Notes under the pieces: generated by a model | What the model saw: the letters and a program-made list of their open reading frames with translations, nothing else | Database searches by the model: none | What the model was told of the DNA's origin: nothing | In this document: piece by piece, positions 16,364 to 24,996 of the stretch | Numbering within the stretch: the stretch's first letter is position 1 | Layout of the letters: every line of letters starts with the position of its first letter | Source: an uncultured Alphaproteobacteria bacterium | GTDB lineage: Bacteria; Pseudomonadota; Alphaproteobacteria; Rs-D84; CACZYB01 | Direction of reading: 5' to 3' | Assembly: GCA_934246625.1 (NCBI GenBank) | Contig: CAKQHZ010000001.1 | Coordinates: 570,001-602,000, forward strand | Length of the DNA stretch: 32,000 nucleotides | Made by a program: the position numbers and the translations under genes

Positions 16364-17731
16364 ATGTTATTTGAGGGTAAAAAATTCCTTAAAAAAATTG
16401 ATGGTGCAGCAGTGTTAATGCAAACTTTGTTAGGTTTGGCAATTATGGTTGCTATGACTCCTGTTATATTAAGTCAGATTAAAAAATATAATGAATCTAT
16501 TAACCGCGAAGAAGTTATTTCTCAAATGTCATTACTTCAAAAGGCGGTTACTTCTTATATCTCTTTTGACAGAACTTCTGTGCCAATGGGCTGTGTTGTA
16601 AGAAATGCCAATGGTATAAGGACTATATTAAAAGATTATGGTGGTGAAAAAATTGTATCACCAAATAAGTTCGGGCAAAGTTATAATTTTATTACTTGTA
16701 AGCGTCAAGTGGGTTCTGTAGATGACCCTCAATATGCTATTGATGCAGCAGTGTTTGCTTTTGGTGATGTTGATGATTTAACATTGAATGGAATTGGTGA
16801 ATATTTGTTTGATCAAGGTGTTGTTCTTTCAAATAATGACCATGCTGAACTTACAAATTATAATGCAAAATTATCAGCAACTTTGAAGTCGGAAATTGTT
16901 AAGCAAATTGGAACAAAGGGTGCTTTGGTTATGTTTGTAAGTGATGGTTTTATGGTATCAGATTATCTTTATATAAATAAGGGACCTGGTGGAAGTAATG
17001 CTGTGAATACTATGCTTGCAAATATTGATATGAATAATCATAGTTTGGTTAATGTTTATAATGCAAAGGGAACTGTTTTAAATATTATAAAGGATTTAAA
17101 GGTTGCGGGTCTTGCTGGGAAAAATTTAAGTATTGCAGATTCTGTGTTGGGTGGAGTTTTTTCCATTGAAAATACGGCACCATTTGCAACTGGTGATGTT
17201 ATACAAATTATTACAGACAATATAAATATAAATTCTTTGCAAGTAGAGAATGCTGAATTTTCAAAAATTAGCTTGGACCCAGGTGATTTAAAAACTGAAA
17301 ATTTGGAAACAGATACTTTGACCGTTGAAGGTAATGTTACTGTTGTTGCAGATGGTGAAAATTGGCAATTTGGAGCAAGTAATGTCGAAGCAGATTCTTT
17401 GATGTCAAATGGCACAAAAACAAATGTGTTTAAAAATATTACATTAAAAGATGATGAAACAAGTAGTGAAAAGCAAGAAAGCTATATTTATTATGGAAAG
17501 GTTAATGAATCAGGTGCTTTTGATAATGCAGCTAGTGGTATTTTGAATTTGTCAGGTATGTCGGAAGTAACTGATATTTGTTGGGACGGAGGTGTCGGTG
17601 GTGTTGGTGGTGGTCCATCTTGTTTATCAGATCAAGTTCGTTCAGTTTATAACAGAATACTCCTTGAATGGAGGCATTATGATTGTGTTGCAACTAAAGG
17701 TATTTGGTATAACAATTCATGTAAGTATTAG
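16364..17731 (+). CDS. Giant pilin-like protein A (455 aa), PilV/shufflon-constant-region-like
   Basis: I prefer ATG 16364 (AGAGGAGAGAG SD). The track's 57-aa extension overlaps lemA antisense. N-terminus MLFEGKKFLKKIDGAAVLMQTLLGLAIMVAMTPVIL (basic leader plus hydrophobic helix). Core motif DYLYINKGPGGSNAVNTMLANIDMNNHSLVNV. C-terminal half is rich in N/S/T/V repeats. Four C-terminal Cys. Confidence 0.6.
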   Translation: MLFEGKKFLKKIDGAAVLMQTLLGLAIMVAMTPVILSQIKKYNESINREEVISQMSLLQKAVTSYISFDRTSVPMGCVVRNANGIRTILKDYGGEKIVSPNKFGQSYNFITCKRQVGSVDDPQYAIDAAVFAFGDVDDLTLNGIGEYLFDQGVVLSNNDHAELTNYNAKLSATLKSEIVKQIGTKGALVMFVSDGFMVSDYLYINKGPGGSNAVNTMLANIDMNNHSLVNVYNAKGTVLNIIKDLKVAGLAGKNLSIADSVLGGVFSIENTAPFATGDVIQIITDNININSLQVENAEFSKISLDPGDLKTENLETDTLTVEGNVTVVADGENWQFGASNVEADSLMSNGTKTNVFKNITLKDDETSSEKQESYIYYGKVNESGAFDNAASGILNLSGMSEVTDICWDGGVGGVGGGPSCLSDQVRSVYNRILLEWRHYDCVATKGIWYNNSCKY

Positions 17732-17739
17732 GGATAAAA

Positions 17740-19137
17740 ATGCAAGATAATAAATTTTATAAATATAAGCATATTTTAGGTCTTGGTGTTATTGAAATAA
17801 TACTTGCTGTTGCTGTTATGATGATTATTACTCCTGCAGTTTTAAAGTATTCGTTTAAGGAATTATTTGAAGTTAAATATATAAATGTTGCAAAGCAGTT
17901 GAAAAAAATTGAAAAATCTTTGCTTAACTATGCGTCTATTGAAAAACAAAAATGGGGTAATAATGCAACAGGTCAAATTGTGTCTGGGGTAAGAGAAAAA
18001 TTTGAAACAGATTATGGTTTGGAAACTGATATTGCAAGAGAGCTAACTGATAATTTAAAGGTTAAGTATAAAAAAAATTCTGCGGGTGAAGTTGTTGTTT
18101 ATGGTGTCCTTGATATGTCAGATTTAAATTTTGATGAAATGGCATTTAAACAAACTTTACTTTATGCTGGTGATACCGCTGGGTATAGAGAAGATAATTT
18201 CGCATATTCGATTACTGGGGCTTGGTCTGAAAGTATGTCTGATATTATGCCAAATGCTGTTGGTGATAGGATTGTTGTAATTCGAATCGATGATACAAAT
18301 TTGGAAAATGAGTATTCTTCATCAAATTATTTGTATCGAAACAATCAAGGTGGTGCAGAAGGTAATAGAATGAATGTTGACCTTAAACTTGGTGATAATG
18401 CAGGGTATAGTATAAATAATTTTGGAACGATTGATGCAGCGAATGTGTACTCATCTGCGACTTCGGATTCAAAGGTTAGTGAACTTAGGTTTAATAATGG
18501 AGATATAAAGGGAACTTCACATATCAATAAAAATGCTGTGTTAAAGGGAAAAATTTCATTTCTTTCTGGTGCAAATATAAGGACAAAGTTGTTTGAAATT
18601 GCATATTTAGAAAATGGTTCTTCTTTTGTAACATCTGTGCTTAAGGAATTGATTGTGCCAAATGCGGTGTTAGGAAATTCGTCCTCTGGAATATCAAGTT
18701 CACGTGCAAATATTATTGTGAATGGTCTTGCTATACTTTCAAATTTATCAGTTAAAAATATGCAATTTTCTTTGCTAACTGGATATAATGGGGCAAATAC
18801 TCCACTAACTATTAAACCTTTTAATTTATCAGAATATAGTGATAATAAATCAAAACTTCATTTGGAAATTTCGGCAAATGAAATTGATGATTTATCCGTT
18901 TATACTATGACAGTGAAGAATGGATTTCTTGAAAGTTCAAATCAGGGGCTTTATGTTGCTTCTAATAATGGATTTGTTTGGGTGAAACGTTCTGCAAATG
19001 TTATTATTCAAGATGTTTGTCATAGGGTTGGATATTGTGATACTATGACATTAAAAAATTATAATTTATCTGGGTTTATGAATACTTTTTCGAATAGCCT
19101 TAATGATTTAAGTAGAGAAATAGACAAGTTAAAATAA
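17740..19137 (+). CDS. Giant pilin-like protein B (465 aa), PilV/shufflon-constant-region-like
   Basis: AGGGA SD, 8 nt after gene A. N-terminus MQDNKFYKYKHILG|LGVIEIILAVAVMMIITP has G at -1 and E at +5, i.e. the class III (prepilin) signal pattern. Core motif NYLYRNNQGGAEGNRMNVDLKLGDNAGYSINNFG. C-terminal Cys pair CHRVGYC. Confidence 0.65.
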   Translation: MQDNKFYKYKHILGLGVIEIILAVAVMMIITPAVLKYSFKELFEVKYINVAKQLKKIEKSLLNYASIEKQKWGNNATGQIVSGVREKFETDYGLETDIARELTDNLKVKYKKNSAGEVVVYGVLDMSDLNFDEMAFKQTLLYAGDTAGYREDNFAYSITGAWSESMSDIMPNAVGDRIVVIRIDDTNLENEYSSSNYLYRNNQGGAEGNRMNVDLKLGDNAGYSINNFGTIDAANVYSSATSDSKVSELRFNNGDIKGTSHINKNAVLKGKISFLSGANIRTKLFEIAYLENGSSFVTSVLKELIVPNAVLGNSSSGISSSRANIIVNGLAILSNLSVKNMQFSLLTGYNGANTPLTIKPFNLSEYSDNKSKLHLEISANEIDDLSVYTMTVKNGFLESSNQGLYVASNNGFVWVKRSANVIIQDVCHRVGYCDTMTLKNYNLSGFMNTFSNSLNDLSREIDKLK

Positions 19138-19149
19138 TTGAGGGGAAAA

Positions 19150-20658
19150 ATGCAAAAATATAAAAATGATAGAGCGAATATTTTGTTGGAAGTATTGTTA
19201 ATGCTTGCAATTTTAATTGTTATTTTCCCTATGCTTCAAAAAAATGTGAAGGAACGTTCTGATACTCTTCGTAATCAACTTGTTGTAAAGGATATGATGA
19301 AAATCAAATCTGCAACAGAAAATTATTTGAAAATGCAACCTGATATTCCTGATGGTGTGATGTTGGTGCCATTTACTGAACTTGAAAAAAATGGATTGCC
19401 AAAGAATTTTAAAAATGCTTCTGGGAATCAGGAACGAACAAATATCCTTGGTCAAAATTATCGTGTGAAAGTAAAACGAACAACTGAAAATGATGGAACT
19501 GTTGATTATGATGCAATTATTATTGCTGATGGTAATCCTGATATTTCTGATATGCGAATCCGTGAAATTGTAAAGGAAAGTAAAGGTTTCGGTGGATATT
19601 TGGAAGATGGAATGATTTATGGAACAAGCTGGGCTTTGGATCCAAATGGTTGGGGTGAAGATGATTGGAAAAATACAGATGCTCCATCAAGTTTGCCTAT
19701 TATATTTAAAATTGGTTTTGCAAAAAAGGATTATCAATATATTTCACGAAATGGTATTGGTTCTTCTACTATGATGACAGATTTGTTTATGAATTTGAAT
19801 AACATTGAGCATGTTAATAATTTTGTTATTACAAAGGGTAAAGAGGATAATAAGGACGGAAGTATAGAAGTTAATGATTTGGTGTTGTATGCGTCCGGTC
19901 TTGCTGATATAGGTGTGTTATCTGTTGATGAAATGTTGACGCTTAATTCTTCTATGGATGCAACTAATTCAAAGGCTTCTGTTTCATTGATAAAGGGAAT
20001 TAACCAACCTTCAATGAGGATTTCTGATACGGAAACAAAAAATGTGTCTCTTAGTGATACATTAAGAATAAGTGAAAATTTAACAACATCAAATTCCGAG
20101 TCGAATCATTTAAGTTTTGTTGATATTAAAAATTTGATGGTGAATAGAAGTGTTGATTTAATTGTTGGTGGTTTGATTAAAACTCCTGAGCTTTCAACTA
20201 TTGTTGCACAATTTGGAACAGTTGATTTATCAAGTGTCAATATTGATGCTCTTAATATGCAATATAAATATGCGAATACATCAACTCGTTCACAGGTAGG
20301 ATTTGTTTTTGATAATTTGTATAGTAAGAAAAATAAAAATAAGTATTATATAAAATCAACAACAGATGGAAAAATGAATTTAAGTTTATCTGATGTGATT
20401 GTAAAAAGAGTTAATGATATTTTTACAAAGGATAGCAGCGGTAATACAACTTATGTGCGTGTTGGTGATATTATTATTACTGAAAAAACACCTATATCTG
20501 TTATTTTAAGGGCTTTGAGTTATGAATATGCCGATATTTACCGAATTGTTAAGCCTGGAAGTTATAGTGGTATGATTGACCCTATGCCAGGATTAGAATA
20601 TGATGAATATTTAAGATGTAATTCTCAACAATGTTCAGATAAGACGTGGTCTTTCTAA
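19150..20658 (+). CDS. Giant pilin-like protein C (502 aa), PilV/shufflon-constant-region-like
   Basis: I prefer ATG 19150 (GAGGGG SD) over TTG 19138. N-terminus MQKYKNDRA|NILLEVLLMLAILIVIFPML has E at +5. NYRVKVKRTTENDGTVDYDAIIIADGNPDISDMRIREIVKESKGFGGYLEDG resembles the PilV constant region. Core motif DYQYISRNGIGSSTMMTDLFMNLNNIEHVNNF. C-terminal Cys pair CNSQQC. Confidence 0.65.
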   Translation: MQKYKNDRANILLEVLLMLAILIVIFPMLQKNVKERSDTLRNQLVVKDMMKIKSATENYLKMQPDIPDGVMLVPFTELEKNGLPKNFKNASGNQERTNILGQNYRVKVKRTTENDGTVDYDAIIIADGNPDISDMRIREIVKESKGFGGYLEDGMIYGTSWALDPNGWGEDDWKNTDAPSSLPIIFKIGFAKKDYQYISRNGIGSSTMMTDLFMNLNNIEHVNNFVITKGKEDNKDGSIEVNDLVLYASGLADIGVLSVDEMLTLNSSMDATNSKASVSLIKGINQPSMRISDTETKNVSLSDTLRISENLTTSNSESNHLSFVDIKNLMVNRSVDLIVGGLIKTPELSTIVAQFGTVDLSSVNIDALNMQYKYANTSTRSQVGFVFDNLYSKKNKNKYYIKSTTDGKMNLSLSDVIVKRVNDIFTKDSSGNTTYVRVGDIIITEKTPISVILRALSYEYADIYRIVKPGSYSGMIDPMPGLEYDEYLRCNSQQCSDKTWSF

Positions 20659-21366
20659 TTAAAGTTTTTTCATTTCATTTTCGATTGATGAAACGAGTTT
20701 TTCTTGAAATTCTTCTTTATCAAGATTTGTTGAAATTGGTGGAAGTATTCTTACCTTTATTACACCTTGTTTTTTTAAAAATCCGTGTTTAGGCCAATAT
20801 TCGCCAGCATTCATCGCGATTGGCACAACCCAGGTATCTTTTAGTTGTTGTGATATGATGCTTAATCCAGATTTGTATTTTGGTGTTGTATGTGGTTTTG
20901 TGCGGGTGCCTTCTGGGAATATTATGACATTACGAATTTTAAGAGCATTTTTAAATTTTTTTACAAGGTTGTTTAATGTTTTTTTGTTGGCATTGCCACG
21001 GTCAACCATTATGTTGCCTGCTTTGATTAAAGTGATTCCAAAAAATGGGATAAAGGCAAGTTCCTTTTTAAACATAAATATACAATTTTTTAAAAGATAT
21101 TGGTATGCGATTGTTTCCCATGCAGATTGGTGTTTTGATGCGAATATTACGTGTTTGCCAGATGGAATGTTTTCTTTGCCCTTTATGTCATAAGTGATGT
21201 GGCAAATGTATTTTAGTAATACCAAACTTGTATAGCTCCAGATGTAGGCTATTTTTATCAATACTCCCTTTGGAAAGCATACAGATAGTGTTGCAAGTAT
21301 TGAAAAGAAAGTTGTTTCTATTAAAAATAAAATATTAAATATTGCAGAGCGAATGTATTGTATCAT
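20659..21366 (-). CDS. plsC: 1-acyl-sn-glycerol-3-phosphate acyltransferase
   Basis: 235 aa. Acyltransferase motifs KHQSAWE (HX4[D/E]) and FPEGTRT. The start overlaps the upstream gene's stop (TAATG). Confidence 0.88.
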   Translation of the reverse strand: MIQYIRSAIFNILFLIETTFFSILATLSVCFPKGVLIKIAYIWSYTSLVLLKYICHITYDIKGKENIPSGKHVIFASKHQSAWETIAYQYLLKNCIFMFKKELAFIPFFGITLIKAGNIMVDRGNANKKTLNNLVKKFKNALKIRNVIIFPEGTRTKPHTTPKYKSGLSIISQQLKDTWVVPIAMNAGEYWPKHGFLKKQGVIKVRILPPISTNLDKEEFQEKLVSSIENEMKKL

Positions 21367-22070
21367 TATAAATTTTCCTGTATTTTAAGTATAAATGTTG
21401 ATTCAAAACCAGCTTTGTTCCAAAGGTAGGTTAAGATGTATTTATTATACTCGCTAAATGTTAATTTTAGTAAAGTTGGATTTGAAAATACATTTGGTGT
21501 TTGTTCGGAAAAAAGAACTGGGTGTTCAATTATTTCAATATGTGGAATGTATTTTTCAAATATAAGTTTGCTTCGTGGCATATGATAATATGAGGTCATA
21601 AGGCGAATTGATTGTATGTTGTTGCGTTTTACCCAACTTGCCGTTTCAAGTCCGTTTTCAATTGTGTTTTCAGCACGACCAGTTGAAATTTTTGATTTTA
21701 GGTTTTCCTTTGATGTTTTTAAAAGTTTTTCCTTTTGCAAATTGGAAATTGTTTTATCAATAAGGTTTTCAAGGGAGGCTTGTCTGTAAATACCAGAGAT
21801 AAAAAGTTTGTTGGAATTACCCTTTGCAAGTTCTTTTATACTATCAACAATTCTTTTGTTTTCACCAGTTAAAACTACTATGGCATCGGTTTTTTTGTTT
21901 GGGGCCATATCTTTGAAATTAAGGTTATATGCAAAAACGACAAAGCCAATTAAGTATGCGATTGCAAGAACAAATAAAAATAAAACTATTTTCTTACTTC
22001 TTTCTTCGTTTAAAAAATTATGTTCGGTTGGTTTGAACCCTTCTTTGTATTTTTCTACTACCTCGACCAT
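21366..22070 (-). CDS. DUF218 (YdcF/ElyC/SanA-like) membrane-anchored protein
   Basis: 234 aa with an N-terminal TM helix. DAIVVLTGENKR and TSYYHMPRS are typical of DUF218. Confidence 0.8.
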   Translation of the reverse strand: MVEVVEKYKEGFKPTEHNFLNEERSKKIVLFLFVLAIAYLIGFVVFAYNLNFKDMAPNKKTDAIVVLTGENKRIVDSIKELAKGNSNKLFISGIYRQASLENLIDKTISNLQKEKLLKTSKENLKSKISTGRAENTIENGLETASWVKRNNIQSIRLMTSYYHMPRSKLIFEKYIPHIEIIEHPVLFSEQTPNVFSNPTLLKLTFSEYNKYILTYLWNKAGFESTFILKIQENL

Positions 22071-22071
22071 T

Positions 22072-22962
22072 TTATACCATTTCGTTTAATGTTTTATTTA
22101 CAGTTAGTATCGCAGTTATTTTTGAAATTACACCTGCAATAATTGGTATTAAAAGTATATACCAATAAATACTTGAAGAAAAGTTAAAATTTGAAATTAT
22201 TCCGCCATCGATTGTGCCAGCGTAATTTTTTATAATCATTATAACTATACAAGAAATTAAATAGCCAGCAATACCTCCACTTATGGAAAGTTCCATCATT
22301 TGGTTTGAAAAATGTTTGCAAATATAGTTATTGTGTGCTCCTACCATATGCATAATTTCGATAACATTTTTGTTTGTGATAAGTCCTGATTTTGTTGCAT
22401 AGGAAATTGTGATGCCTGTGGTTGTTAAAATAAGGACGATTATCAAACCCAATAATGTTTGAAGTGCGGATAAGGTTTTTGTGAATTCGTTTATCCATGA
22501 TTCATAAGTTTCTATTGTGATTAGATGAGAATAACTTTTTATTTCATCGGTTAATGCACGAACGTTTAGTGGAATTATATCTGAAACTTCAACAGTGATT
22601 ATTCGTGGAAGAGGAATATCAAGTTTGTTTTTTCCTATTTCTCCAAGCCATGGTTTTAAAAGGTCGGTTGTTTCCTTAAGGCTCATTGCATAGGAGGATT
22701 TTATACCAGGTGTTTGCTTTAAAATTTCGGTAATGTTTTTTATTCTTTCTTCTATTTCCTTGTTTGGGTTTCTATTTCGCATATCTGGTAAAACTTGGAT
22801 AGTCATATTGTTTGACATACGTTTGTCCCAATCGTTTGTTAGGTTGTTTCCAATTATGGCTGTTGCCAAAGTTATACATGCAAGGAATACCATAAATGCA
22901 GTAATAAATGGAAGAAAGCCTTTGTTTATATCTGATTTGAATGCAATATCTGTTTTTAACAT
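22072..22962 (-). CDS. ftsX: Cell division ABC transporter permease-like protein FtsX
   Basis: 296 aa. One TM helix, a periplasmic domain, then three TM helices. It lies immediately downstream of ftsE. Confidence 0.88.
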   Translation of the reverse strand: MLKTDIAFKSDINKGFLPFITAFMVFLACITLATAIIGNNLTNDWDKRMSNNMTIQVLPDMRNRNPNKEIEERIKNITEILKQTPGIKSSYAMSLKETTDLLKPWLGEIGKNKLDIPLPRIITVEVSDIIPLNVRALTDEIKSYSHLITIETYESWINEFTKTLSALQTLLGLIIVLILTTTGITISYATKSGLITNKNVIEIMHMVGAHNNYICKHFSNQMMELSISGGIAGYLISCIVIMIIKNYAGTIDGGIISNFNFSSSIYWYILLIPIIAGVISKITAILTVNKTLNEMV

Positions 22963-22964
22963 TT

Positions 22965-23651
22965 TTATATCCTTGTTAAATGTCCGTTTTCAAGATGAAT
23001 TACTGGAAATTTGAATTGCTTTATAAGGTTTGTGCTATGGGTAGCAATGATTATGCTTGTCCCCATTTTATTTAATTCAAGAAATAAGAATAACAATTTT
23101 TTTGCCATTTCTTCATCAACATTGCCTGTTGGTTCATCGGCAATTAAAATATCAGGATTGTTGATTACTGCACGTGCGATTGCGACACGTTGTTGTTGTC
23201 CGCCAGATAAAAACGGAGGTTTTGCATTTATAAATTTTTTAAGTCCGACCCATTCGATAAGTTCAGGAACGTGTGTTTGTATATATTTTTCACTTTTTCC
23301 AATTATGCGAAGAGGAAGTGCAATATTGTCAAGAACGGATAGGTGGTCAAGAAGTCGATAATCTTGAAAGACTATACCAATTTTTCTTCGAATGCTTGCC
23401 ATATCCTTTTGATTGATGGTGTCAACATCTTTTCCAAATATTTTTAATTTTCCACGGCTTGGTTTTGTGGCAAGATGCATTAAATTTAAAAGTGATGTTT
23501 TACCAGCACCAGATGCACCAGTTAAGAAATAAAAATCACCTTGTTTTAATTCAAAATTTATATCCTTTAAAACTTCGTGGTTTGGACCATAACGAAAACC
23601 CACATCTTGAAGTGAGATTATTGTTTTGTTATTTGGATTTGTTGTTTGCAT
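22965..23651 (-). CDS. ftsE: Cell division ATP-binding protein FtsE
   Basis: 228 aa. Walker A GASGAGKTSLLN, signature LSGGQQQRVAIARA, Walker B ILIADEPTGNVD. Confidence 0.93.
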   Translation of the reverse strand: MQTTNPNNKTIISLQDVGFRYGPNHEVLKDINFELKQGDFYFLTGASGAGKTSLLNLMHLATKPSRGKLKIFGKDVDTINQKDMASIRRKIGIVFQDYRLLDHLSVLDNIALPLRIIGKSEKYIQTHVPELIEWVGLKKFINAKPPFLSGGQQQRVAIARAVINNPDILIADEPTGNVDEEMAKKLLFLFLELNKMGTSIIIATHSTNLIKQFKFPVIHLENGHLTRI

Positions 23652-23788
23652 TTATTCCTCCATCTTTTATAATGATACTTATTTTTTTTTAAATTACAAA
23701 TATTTATTTGTCGAAATGAATATTTTGTGTTGATTATATTGAAGAATCTATTATTATATATACAGATATATTTATTAAAAATTGGGGA

Positions 23789-24517
23789 ATGCAAATGATT
23801 ATAAAATGTCCAAAATGTAAAACTGAATTTGAAATTGATGATGCTCTTGTTGAACATAAAAAAATAAAGTTTCAATGTGCTGAATGTGCCTTTGTTTGGA
23901 GTGTTGGAAATGATGTAGAGGAAGAACCTGTTGCCCCACAAAAAATTGAGGAAGTAGAACCATATAATCCAGAAGTTGAAATTGAAAAAAAGAAACTTCT
24001 TTATGGTTTGGGTGTTGAAGAAAATTCTGTTGAAAAAAAATCAAATTGGTATAGGGAATTATTCTCCCTTAAAAATGTATTGGTATTCTTTTTGGGTTTG
24101 ATTTTATTTCTTATAATCTTTTTTGTATTTAGTCTTGTTTATGAAAGTGTTTATGGAAATAATAATTCTGTACCTGCTCAACAACAAAGTATGTTTGAAA
24201 GAAAAGACGAAAAAATTGATACATCTAAATTGTATATAGAAATTTCAAAACCTTTGACTTTGACACGTGAAGGTGTAAATGACTATATTATTATTCGTGG
24301 ATTTATTTATAATCCAACAAGTGTTAATATGCCTATACCAAAACTTATTATAAAACTTGAAAATAAAGATGAACGTGTGCTTCAAGAACAAGAACGTGAA
24401 ATAGATGTAAAGTCTTTGGCTCCACTTGAAAAAACTGATTTTATGTTTAAGGTTTTCAAATTTTCTGGTCAAGTTCAAAGGGTAAAAGTTGAATTTGATG
24501 ACAGCAGTAAAATTTAA
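23789..24517 (+). CDS. MJ0042-type zinc-ribbon / DUF3426 membrane protein
   Basis: N-terminal zinc ribbon IIKCPKCKTEFEID...KFQCAECAF, a central TM helix, and a C-terminal DUF3426-like beta domain (YIIIRGFIYNPTSVNMPIPKLIIKLENKDERVL). Start is ATG 23789 or 23795. Confidence 0.8.
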   Translation: MQMIIKCPKCKTEFEIDDALVEHKKIKFQCAECAFVWSVGNDVEEEPVAPQKIEEVEPYNPEVEIEKKKLLYGLGVEENSVEKKSNWYRELFSLKNVLVFFLGLILFLIIFFVFSLVYESVYGNNNSVPAQQQSMFERKDEKIDTSKLYIEISKPLTLTREGVNDYIIIRGFIYNPTSVNMPIPKLIIKLENKDERVLQEQEREIDVKSLAPLEKTDFMFKVFKFSGQVQRVKVEFDDSSKI

Positions 24518-24534
24518 TTCCTAAAGGAGGCATA

Positions 24535-24996
24535 ATGAAAAAAATATTTTTGATATTGTTTTCTTTGTTAAGTTTTCGTGCAAATGCCTCTTGGGTGAAT
24601 TGGTTTAAATTATCTGATCAACAATATAAAATTTATATTGTATCTGATAATCAATTACAAACGACTGCTGGGTTTTATTTGACAACTTTCCCTTGCTATG
24701 GTGAATATAATCAGGAATATTATAAAACTATTCCTGGGAAAAATATGATAACTCTTTATTGTATGGAACCACCAACAGAAATATATCTTACATATATTGT
24801 AAAACCTCTTGGAAGTTTTTTCCCGTTAAATGAAAAGGCTCAAGGATATATGAAATGTCCTGTGGTTATAACTGATAATGTTGGTGGTGGAATTATTCCT
24901 CGTTTGCAAGTTAATTTACAGGAGTGTGAAAGAAAACAATTAAACTATGGTGCAAATAAAAATATTATTAAAAAGTATGGTGGAGTAGAATTATAA
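24535..24996 (+). CDS. Hypothetical secreted 153-aa protein
   Basis: AAAGGAGG SD. Signal peptide MKKIFLILFSLLSFRANA. Four Cys in the mature part. Its stop abuts the rluD start (TAAATG). Confidence 0.55.
   Translation: MKKIFLILFSLLSFRANASWVNWFKLSDQQYKIYIVSDNQLQTTAGFYLTTFPCYGEYNQEYYKTIPGKNMITLYCMEPPTEIYLTYIVKPLGSFFPLNEKAQGYMKCPVVITDNVGGGIIPRLQVNLQECERKQLNYGANKNIIKKYGGVEL

Noticed and set aside
16364-20658. An actual shufflon (invertible DNA segments) in the PilV-like cluster
   Set aside because: All three genes are co-oriented and full-length. I see no repeated sfx-like core sites or inverted repeats between them at the nucleotide level. No Rci/tyrosine recombinase gene is in the window.
23618-23941. 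107-aa minus-strand ORF spanning the ftsE/zinc-ribbon spacer
   Set aside because: It overlaps the ftsE start and the zinc-ribbon gene antisense. Its composition is the Asn/Phe/Ile-rich type typical of random AT-rich frames.
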